Assembly: GCF_964204645.1 (NCBI RefSeq)
Contig: NC_134029.1
Coordinates: 5,518,001-5,582,000, forward strand
Origin: Tubulanus polymorphus
Taxonomy: Eukaryota > Animalia > Nemertea
Length of the DNA stretch: 64,000 bases
Direction of reading: 5' to 3'
Made by a program: the position numbers and the translations under genes. Of the stretch, positions 43,701 through 52,708 are shown piece by piece. The notes under the pieces were generated by a model that was not told the origin of the DNA, ran no database searches, and saw nothing but the letters and a program-made list of their open reading frames with translations. The first letter of the stretch is position 1, and each line of letters starts with the position of its first letter.

Positions 43701-46700
43701 TTTCCATGTATCTGCGCGGCGACGTGTTCTTACAGGCGCATGTGTTTGATATCGGTTTGTGAAAGGGAGCATCTCAAAATTTCAATAGTTCCGTCGATAA
43801 GAATAACTGTCCAATTCGTTTTAAGGCATATGTTATCTTTATTGCACCGCAATAATCGATAGATCGGCAGTCGTGATGAATCCGCAGGTGGCCTGGTTTT
43901 ATCGAGTGAACAAATGCGACAAAACGAAAATCCAAGCCCATCGCCAAACCCCTGTGACTCAGACCAGACTTTTCGTTTTGTCGCATTTGTTCACTCGATA
44001 AAACCAGGCCACCTGCGGATTCATCACGACTGCCGATCTATCGATTATTGCGGTGCAATAAAGATAACATATGCCTTAAAACGAATTGGACAGTTATTCT
44101 TATCGACGGAACTATTGAAATTTTGAGATGCTCCCTTTCACAAACCGATATCAAACACATGCGCCTGTAAGAACACGTCGCCGCGCTGATCATGCACGGG
44201 GAAATCCCATTTCCATGTATCTGCGCGGCGACGTGTTCTTACAGGCGCATGTGTTTGATATCGGTTTGTGAACAGCAACGGCTTTGCGAGTTCGATTCAA
44301 TTGACGGGTAAAGATGTACAGGGTCAATCCCTATTCTAAGAGCAAAGATGTGCTCCAGGTGCGGATTCGCACACCGTCGCGAAAGTTTCATCCCCAATAA
44401 AATAAAAAGGCGTGGATCATCCCAATCAATCCAAAGTATCAATGTGGCGTCAGTTGTAAAAATTTAGAAGTTAAGAGATATTTGTCGTGTAGATCCGCTT
44501 TACAGATTGATAGAAATTTGGCTAGATTTTTTCAGTGTGATTGCGTCTTTGGAAGTTTAAAGTTCTTTACACTTAGGCATGGTAAGATAAAGGAAATTTA
44601 CTATATTGCCTCCTAGTGGAAGGAATGTGAACTAATCTTTCAAAGTATTGTGTGATATTTGATTACAGTTTACGTGTACCATTTCATCAGGGATATAGAT
44701 ATTTGTCTACAAATGTTTGTCGACGGAGAAATTAATCTTCTTTCAGATTCGTATGTGGTAAGGAAATATAAACATGGGAATAACAATAGTATTTTTGCCT
44801 CCCCGCAGAAACTAAATAAGTTTAACATTCATATTGTAAAACAAAAAATAAATGAACGCAAAATGAGAAACATATTCACATATAATAGAAAAAACTAAGT
44901 TGGAGGCACTTGGCCGTTCAAAAAACCCACTATCTTTTAGTACACCTCGGCATAGAGTTTTTTTTGGGGAAATGCCAGAAAGAAACTTCGGAGTTGTCAT
45001 TAAGCGGATACCAATTAAACATCGATTGCTGACCTTGTTGTATTGCCATTGTTGGTGGAATCGAGGTGGGGTGTCACCGATTTCACAAGCTGCAATCGAA
45101 ACATACGAATCGCCACCGCTGTCCTGTAAACAGTCCAATTCACGTCGCAGTTCAAATCGTCTGCTCAACGAAAAAACCTAAGAGAAAAAATCACGGCTGT
45201 TTTTCCCCAATTCGATTTTCTTAATTTTCAATTACTTAACGCTATATCTACAAATAACAAGCAGTCAAATTCACGCAAATGCAATACCTGATATTGGAAT
45301 TCTAGTATCGGCGTTGTAATACAAGATCGAAGGGAGATGAAACATTTGATAGATCGATTGTCCATCCCCACTAGATGCATGCATGTTCCAGTTCCAATAT
45401 TCCGGACCTATGAAGACAGACAGAGAATCTGTTTGATTAGTAGCCAGGGTCATATTGATGCGAAAAAAAACTCAAAACTGGCCGTTGGCATTTGCATTTA
45501 AATAAAGAAAATTTCATTTTGTTGCGTTATTCTAACTGGCCAAATAAAGAAAATGAGCATGACACGCGCGTACCTGACCATATGCAGTAGAATGTTCTGT
45601 TGTCACATATTGAAAAGGGACAACATTCTTTAGAAACCATTTAAATTTCTTACAGTTCAATTTATTTTTCAGTCGTAACTGGTTTGTCAAGTTTCCTGCG
45701 TTGATTTCCTGTGAAATAAGAAATGCCGTAGCGTGATTCCTTATAATTCGCTCCGCGAGCGGTCGCATTTAGAACATCTGATTCACCTTATTATGATTCT
45801 TTTTAGGATACCTTCACTTGCAAAAGCTGGCATACCAAATCAGACTCATTCATGCGCAATGTATACATACCTTGAGATCGGGTCGGTATAGATAAACTAG
45901 ACTTTTATAATCTTCAAACCAAACTTCAGCCAATCGCACCAGGTTCTTGCCGTATCCATAATTACCTGCATTAGAAAATTCAATGTAAATCGATACAGAA
46001 TATACCCCACAACTCTCTTCCCTTACAAAAAAGTTGCAAGAGTATTGTAAGACAAGTCTCACCATTCTTCCAATTCCATGAAGGTTTTACCCTATAAACG
46101 TGGCCAACTCGGGAACACGGGATGATGTTCACTGCCCCACCACATAACCAGACCTATCCGATAAATTGAAATTGTGACCTAAAAGTATTTCATCATTCAT
46201 GTACTTTTGATAAACTTATTTCATTTGACTTACCCTTATTGGCAGCTCAATGTTTTCGCCTCCCCAAACATCCATTCCTTCATCGAAGCCCCCGAGTTGG
46301 AAAAAGTAGTTTCGATCCATCGCAAACACGCAGCCAATCATCGTAGGCGACCTGGTTGAGATTTGGAGGTTTTAAGCATAGAAATAAGATTGAATGTCCA
46401 GAATATGCAGAAAAACGTGATTCGATGATATGATAAATCGTCAACAATTTATTTTTTCTTATATAGCGTCGCACTAATTGAATTTAATCAAACAAAGTAT
46501 ATAAGTTTTAAGATAACGTTTAAAAGCGTCAATAGACTTGACTTTCCCTAGCAGTTATAGGTAAAGAATTTCATGGGTCAGGTGCTGAGATCTTAAAAGC
46601 TCTACTTCCGTAATTTCGTATTGGGACATGTCTGGCTAAAATAGTAGGATCCCGACTAGACCGTGGAGAACGATAAACATTGGATGACAAACCTGATCGG

Positions 46701-49700
46701 TTGTGTACTGGAAGTTCGTCTGTCTAATGGTCGCGGCAGACGGATCCATGTAAATTCCAGATTCCAAAGAAACGTCGTTACGAGCGCATCTTCGGACAGT
46801 TGAATATATTCCAAAGTAATCGGCGAAATCATCGGAACTAGCGGAATAACTAGTTCCCGACGGTTGTGTTTTATCCGAGACAGCAGCGGCTCCAGCCTGC
46901 AAATAGTTTTCCATATAATTTCTGAGAAACAAGACGTAGTTTGTGGTTTTATCTTTTACCGCAAAATAGGTATTGCGAAATAAAAGTGATTGTATATTGG
47001 TAATCTGCAGAACATAACTATGTTCTATTTTGATTCGAATCATTTACTTGCTGCAAGAGTGGCAACCGAGTAATATTGCATTAAATGCACGAGGCGCCGG
47101 CAATAAGAATCGCTACGGGCTCTAAACGCCGTGTATTGAAATTAAACAAGATTTCACGATGCTGTAAACTTGATTACGTTTAATTCGAAGCAGTTATCCG
47201 CAGACAGCCAGGTATCACGAAACTGACTTCCTGCATTTAAATGAAGAGCGATTTTGGAGCGATAGGATTGTGCCAACGCAGCGTCGTCGCCGTCGACGTA
47301 TGAGATTTGAATTTTTCATCGAGTCTGCGCCTTGTCAAACTCGTCATCGAATATGCATGGCCTGCTGGCCCGCTTCGAAAGAAACGAGGGATTAGAATGA
47401 ATAGACACGAGATTTGATCCATGTATGAATGACAGTACTGGAGCATGTTTATTCGCCAGCATTGCTGTTCGTCTGTTCACATCACGCGGGACTACATTAT
47501 CTTTCTTATCGGACCGTTTCAACGATTTCTCGTCAAAGAACATATTATTTGCAATGGCTCAACGGCCATAGAATTGCGTGTTCATGGAGGCAGAAAATAT
47601 ACCAGATCGGCTTGCTACGCATTTCCCTCGTAGAACAACGATGCCTAAATCATAGATTACACGCGATTCGAGAAATCGCGCATTTTCTTCCTCAGAGTGA
47701 AGTGTCACATTTTAGAGGAATTATTTATCACGCTGCCTTCTTTTTCTATATTCTAATTTATTAGATAAAAGATGAAATAAAAACCGTAACTGACAGCCAC
47801 CATTTTAAAATGAAATTTGCTGTAAATGTTGCATACGCAGTTTAGCATATGGTGGATTACGCCACGTCAAAGTATAAGCTGACATAATCAATCCCTTGAA
47901 CACGAACAAAAATATTGCTGCAGGGCTGAGTGCGCAACTTTCGTTTCTCGATCGTAATTACCGATGTCGTTTGATAGTAACCTAATCAATGTCTTTCAAC
48001 TACAGCAGTAGGTATAGAGAGGGTTTCACATGAACCTAATCCTAGAATATTTCACCAAGTCCCCAAGGTGATGATCAATGCGACAGCCATCAACGCAAGA
48101 TGACAGACTAGACAGATGATGTATCTCAAACATCGACCAAAATGCATCTTCCATGTCGATGGTAGGCAATATAGTAAAAGGCAAAGGATGATGTTATGGC
48201 GGCAAAGGGGGCAATCTGTAATAAGATCGATGATATAGGTATAGCCTCCAATCAAACTCCATTACTGATCACATGACCTTTAGGAGCGTCCGAACGTCCA
48301 TTCTGTCGAGGTCGCTTGTTTTGGCCTACCAGAGATTTCGGATGGTCGCGCTCTTTTATGGCTTTCTATATCTCGTAAATTCCCAGTTTCAAGGTCGGTT
48401 GTACACCATACCAAGACTTTGTGAGATCACCATATGACTGTTTACTATGGTGGCTGATAAGGGCCATAGCGTAAAATTCCTGGTATGTAAATGAGGGCGC
48501 CAGAACGCCAGAACGCAAAAACGAAAAAAAACGTCCAATTTTCTCAAAAAGTTCGTTTTGGCGCGCCAAAACAAAGAAAATTCCGTTTTGGCGCCCCCGC
48601 CAAAACGAACTTTCATTTTGGCGCCCCCGCCAAAACGAACTTTTGTTTTGGCGCCCCCGCCAAAACAACGAAAAACGTCCAATTTTCTCTAAAAGTTCGT
48701 TTTGGCGCACCAAAACAAAGAAAATTCCGTTAGAGAAAATTCAATTAGAGAAAATTGGACGTTTTTCGTTGTTTTGGCGGGGGCGCCAAAACGAAAGTTC
48801 GTTTTGGCGGGGGCGCCAAAATGAAAGTTCGTTTTGGCGGGGGCGCCAAAACGGAATTTTCTTTGTTTTGGCGCGCCAAAACGAACTTTTTGAGAAAATT
48901 GGACGTTTTTCGTTGTTTTGGCGGGGGCGCCAAAACGAAAGTTCGTTTTGGCGGGGGCGCCAAAATGAAAGTTCGTTTTGGCGGGGGCGCCAAAACGGAA
49001 TTTTCTTTGTTTTGGCGCGCCAAAACGAACTTTTAGAGAAAATTGGACGTTTTTCGTTGTTTTGGCGGGGGCGCCAAAACGAAAGTTCGTTTTGGCGGGG
49101 GCGCCAAAATGAAAGTTCGTTTTGGCGGGGGCGCCAAAACGGAATTTTCTTTGTTTTGGCGCGCCAAAACGAACTTTTAGAGAAAATTGGACGTTTTTCG
49201 TTGTTTTGGCGGGGGCGCCAAAACGAAAGTTCGTTTTGGCGGGGGCGCCAAATGAAAGTTCGTTTTGGCGGGGGCGCCAAAACGGAATATTCGTTGTTTT
49301 GGCGCGCCAAAACGAACTTTTAGAGAAAATTGGACGTTTTTTTTCGTTTTGGCGTTCTGGCGTTCTGGCGCCCTCATTTACATACCAGGAATTTTACGCT
49401 ATGGCCCTTATCAGCCACCATAGTTTACTCACCATCCATCAGTGACTTCAACGTGCGCGTCCATCACCACAATCACCTCGCCCGAAGCCATCCTCGCACC
49501 AGCATTTCGCCCTTTCATTAGACCATGTCGTTTTCGTAGGCGAAGGATCTTTACGAAACCTTCCGGCCACGTCGAAGCGATGTATTCCTCCAGAGGTAAC
49601 CCCAGATCAGCTGTTCAGGAAAAAGCATTGATATTCTTTAATGATATTCTTTAATAATCTCGATTAAGATTATGGTGAATACACATTGGTTAGTTGCTTG

Positions 49701-52700
49701 CATATTCATCTAAAATTAAGCCCAGTAATATTTTAGAGAGATGCATGGCCTGAGTCAATACATTTTATCATCAATGGACGTATATCAAATTTGCCAATTT
49801 TATCGACTTTTCGTGAATTCTGGTCGATTTTCATCGGAAATCAGTTTTAGCTTGCCATTTGTCTTGCCGCGTGTGCACGTGACAACGTACGAGGCCAGAC
49901 GAATATAAGGAACCGTTCGATGTATTTATTAATGGAGGTTTATTCGTGATAAATCACATCCTATGAATGTTTTATGCGAACACGATATACGTCGTCGTTA
50001 CCGCAGACTGACTGACAAGTCCGCCACCGATGAATTTTTACGCGGCCGTATCTACTCCGTCAGTGCATATATACACAGGCTGTTGACGAAGCTAATTCTA
50101 TGAACTTGAATTCGAACAAGTTACATACATTGGTATGAAAATACACTTGGAATTGCTTTTTCTGATCAGTTGAAAGTGAACTTGTGGAATCGATGTGCAT
50201 TATCATGAATGATGGTGGAAATAAAGATCGTATCTATGTGATGACCATGGAAATAAAACCTTCCCAACAGTTTACAAATTTCTAAATCTCTGCGTGAACT
50301 TAAATATAAATTCAAAAATACAACAATCTCTAACTATATGATTTAGCTAATTATTCGCCATTTATTACATTATTGATTTTTCTTTTGTATGAATGTGAGT
50401 GTGTATGTGATTGTGTGATTGTAACAGTGTGTTGAGGTGACCCTTTTTACAAGAATTTCGCTTCTCGGGCACCTTCATCGATATTATATAACTTTTATAA
50501 CATATCTATATATCTATCTAATTGTGTATAAAACTGAATGTTATATTATGTTATAATTTCAATGTAAATAAAGATTATTATTAAGAGCAAAAACTATAAG
50601 GGAACATGACTGTAGCTTTCGCCCTACGCGTTATAATACATATCTTTAAACGATGCATGTGTACAGGTTTCTGATTACTGGAAATTCTACACGCTAATCA
50701 TATGAGGCATGAAGTGACGGATCTCATTTCCGAAGATAGATAGATTCCAGTGAGGATGGATGCCGACTTGTCATAATGTTCTGCATTGTAAAAATGTATC
50801 AAAATTAGATTCTCAGAATTCAGGATTCTCCATATTGATATTTTTTTCATTCGGATGAAAGAAAAAGAACCGTCTACAGTGGCTCGTTTTCAATGTTGTT
50901 TCAATGCATAAAAATTCGTAGATGGGCTTCACTAATATCATAGGATACTGATTAACAGATGGTTAGTGTTAAATAAAACGATTGATAATATGTCCGTTAT
51001 CTCTATAACCAGCCAATTATAGAAAGAACATTTCTTTCGTCGACTCAACAAAAATAATCCAAAAACCCGTATTGTCACAACTGATGGTTTCCTACCCAAT
51101 GGACAACAAGACATACATCCGAAAAATACTTTATTTGATAGGACGTAGGATGATCGGCTGTAAAACTGATTTTTTTGAATCGGATATATCGCCAGCGGGG
51201 ATGCAAATGAATGACTACTTCTTGTAAGAAGTCGCCATTGGAAACCCGTAAGCTTTCCATGGATCAAATCCAACTCGGATGATGCATGGACGCATATGAT
51301 TGTAAATCGGTTTACCGTCGTCGTTGGTCATATAAACTGCGTATCAATATTTGCGATGAGTTATTTCGCAGTGGCACACACGTCTACGGACGAGTGTTTG
51401 GTAAATTGATTCGCGATTTGTGCGTCATAATCTAATCACTCTTACCATGAGTACTAGCATCGTCCACTAGTATAACTTCAGCCAGCAGTTCCGCCGGAGA
51501 CCTGTTTACTATGCTGTGAACTGTGCGTAGTACCAGACTTTTTGCTTCATTACTGAATAAAAGGATGCAACTGGCTGCGGGCAGTTTCTTCTCATATCTC
51601 ATATTCTTGCATCTTGAAAAAAAAAGAATCGCACATTGTGTTCAGGCGTGGGGGAATTTAGTTACGTCATCTAACACAGCAGCAAGTTTAAAGTACAGTG
51701 TCCTCGACTGAAACATGTCCTCTGCATCATTCTATATTTAGTTCGTCAAATGGAAACTGCTCGCGAAGGTAAAAAAAAACATGCCACGCGGGGCAATGGT
51801 TGATGCTTTGATGTCGTTGATGAAAGGTCGCGAATCCAAGCGGTTATCAACGACATCAGCTGCTTCCAAGAGGTTTAGGCGCTTTCGTATTGGAAATCGA
51901 AAAGCGCTGTTAAACTTGAGACGCCGTCTTTCTATTCCCAGTCATTATAGTTGGCTTTTATACCTTAACACACGAGGAAGACGTGACTAGAAACCCGATG
52001 AAAGGCTTCCGTCTTAGACAAGGCCATTAATTGTGGTAATAAATAGCAAAGATCGTGCTCATTAAACTGTTTGTATCAATGACGTTTCTTTGTGGTCATA
52101 TTTCAAATGAAACATGCTTACCCCGTTGATCTATGATCGGCTAGGTGTCTTTCTAACGAAACTCTATCGCTAACAACCGTATTAATTCCGTACTTATCTA
52201 TTGCGTTTTCCGTCGCTTCTCTTTCGTCTGGCCCACTCGTTACCGGCTTACCCATCTCTCCGGGCCCGTTCAGATTTAAAGCTCGCATTTTGTAGTCTTC
52301 GTAATACGGCCGTCTCGACTAATGAGAAGAAGTTAAAACGATGGGAGATACTGACTAAAACCGGTGCACGGGCACCACTTGCTGCTTGATAAGAGCTTAA
52401 TCTAACGGACGTATACAGAAAATATATATATATAAACATTTTTGACGTACCTGTTTCCATGTCAACCGAGATCCTGATAGAGAGATATTTCGTCCTGGCA
52501 AACTGATATTTGTAATTTTATCCAAGTTATTAGGTAAATTAGTTGGTCTAATTGATTCCAGCGTGGTTACCATAAATTTGAATTTTCTCAAATACGCTGG
52601 CACAAGATGTCCGTTGTGTCGCAGTGTTAGTAGGAAGGCATTCCATAATATCAGTATCAGAAACACCAGCGCACTAATCCGTGCATACCTAATTCTACAC

Positions 52701-52708
52701 GTCTTCAT
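40590..52708 (-). CDS. GALNT: Polypeptide N-acetylgalactosaminyltransferase (GT27), complete 12-exon gene, 620 aa
   Basis: Join (minus): 52708-52451, 52318-52122, 51612-51446, 49610-49433, 46896-46693, 46351-46234, 46153-46063, 45965-45871, 45708-45574, 45407-45288, 45177-45034, 40745-40590 = 1863 nt. All introns are GT-AG with matching phases. Protein has a type II TM anchor, GPGEMGKPV stem, DAH Mn-binding motif, [33 protein letters not shown] and three ricin-B repeats ending in QQW. Confidence 0.96.
41221..41932. mobile_element. Old non-autonomous DNA transposon with long, degenerate inverted repeats
   Basis: 41221 to about 41455 aligns loosely with the reverse complement of about 41705-41932 (e.g. 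atcagggagg/atcaggaagg, acttttgacccaaaaag/acttttgaccaaaaaag, aaattttgata/aaattctgata). Confidence 0.7.
43158..43365 (-). CDS. Candidate terminal exon encoding a transmembrane segment, inside GALNT intron 11
   Basis: Acceptor gctgttttacag. Reads [68 protein letters not shown], a long hydrophobic helix followed by a basic RR stop-transfer. Confidence 0.5.
43452..43603. mobile_element. 152-bp palindromic MITE with an 8-bp TSD (P- or hAT-type)
   Basis: TIRs CACAGGGGCTCGTATCAGAGT / ACTCTGATACGAGTCCCTGTG, further internal inverted symmetry, and TSD AATGTGCA at 43444-43451 and 43604-43611. Confidence 0.88.
43714..44186. repeat. Perfect 217-bp inverted duplication with a 39-bp spacer, overlapping a 90-bp direct duplication
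   Basis: 43714-43930 is the reverse complement of 43970-44186 (also visible as the identical C-termini of ORFs 43774..43986 minus and 43914..44126 plus). 43674-43763 is repeated directly at 44183-44272. Confidence 0.95.
45034..45177 (-). CDS. GALNT: GALNT exon 11 (ricin beta repeat)
   Basis: [48 protein letters not shown]; acceptor ttctctttag, donor AAG|GTCAGC. Confidence 0.9.
45288..45407 (-). CDS. GALNT: GALNT exon 10 (ricin alpha repeat)
   Basis: [40 protein letters not shown]; acceptor gtcttcatag, donor CAG|GTATTG. Confidence 0.88.
45574..45708 (-). CDS. GALNT: GALNT exon 9
   Basis: [45 protein letters not shown]; acceptor atttcacag, donor CAG|GTACGC. Confidence 0.95.
45871..45965 (-). 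CDS. GALNT: GALNT exon 8
   Basis: (G)[31 protein letters not shown]; donor AAG|GTATGT. Confidence 0.95.
46063..46153 (-). CDS. GALNT: GALNT exon 7
   Basis: [30 protein letters not shown]; donor G|GTGAGA. Confidence 0.95.
46234..46351 (-). CDS. GALNT: GALNT exon 6 (Gal/GalNAc-T motif)
   Basis: [39 protein letters not shown]; donor AGG|GTAAGT. Confidence 0.96.
46693..46896 (-). CDS. GALNT: GALNT exon 5
   Basis: (W)[30 protein letters not shown]...[10 protein letters not shown]...TQPI(R); acceptor tatttgcag. This is a different frame from the listed ORF 46636..47043. Confidence 0.93.
48056..48215 (-). CDS. Candidate hydrophobic exon inside GALNT intron 4 (nested gene exon or alternative exon)
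   Basis: Acceptor tcttattacag, donor TG|GTGAAA. One frame is open across the exon: [55 protein letters not shown] at 48147 has an A at -3. Confidence 0.4.
48445..49423. mobile_element. Non-autonomous foldback DNA transposon with modular TIRs and an internal 144-bp tandem array
   Basis: Ends CTATGGTGGCTGATAAGGGCCATAGCGTAAAATTCCTGGTATGTAAATGAGGGCGCC... are near-perfect inverted copies. TTTA is duplicated at 48441-48444 and 49424-49427. The right arm has 144-bp units starting at 48748, 48892, 49036 and 49180; the left arm has about 1.3 inverted units. No transposase ORF. Confidence 0.9.
49433..49610 (-). CDS. GALNT: GALNT exon 4 (DXH motif)
   Basis: [58 protein letters not shown](W); donor TG|GTGAGT. 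Confidence 0.95.
50257..50583 (+). mobile_element. 5'-truncated non-LTR retrotransposon 3' end (CR1/L2-like), antisense in GALNT intron 3
   Basis: [27 protein letters not shown] resembles the ORF2 C-terminus of CR1/L2-group LINEs. It is followed by a T/TG-rich 3' UTR, AATAAA and an (ATT)n tail. Confidence 0.6.
51446..51612 (-). CDS. GALNT: GALNT exon 3
   Basis: [55 protein letters not shown]; acceptor ttttttcaag, donor G|GTAAGA. Confidence 0.95.
52122..52318 (-). CDS. GALNT: GALNT exon 2
   Basis: [26 protein letters not shown]...[23 protein letters not shown]; acceptor ttctcattag, donor GG|GTAAGC. Confidence 0.92.
52451..52708 (-). CDS. GALNT: GALNT exon 1 (cytoplasmic tail, TM anchor, stem)
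   Basis: [30 protein letters not shown]...TWKQ; donor CAG|GTACGT, phase 0. Confidence 0.85.

Noticed and set aside
43774-44126. Two ORFs on opposite strands with identical C-termini
   Set aside because: A by-product of the inverted duplication; no recognisable protein
46636-47043. 135-aa minus-strand ORF
   Set aside because: An alternative frame overlapping GALNT exon 5; the conserved WLEPLL frame is different
47047-47230. Minus-strand segment with AG and GT boundaries as a candidate GALNT exon
   Set aside because: Stops in all three frames; the true exon 4 is at 49433-49610
48366-49445. Long repetitive ORFs up to 226 aa ([13 protein letters not shown] and GGGAK repeats)
   Set aside because: They are translations of the stop-poor 144-bp array of the foldback element and are open in several frames on both strands
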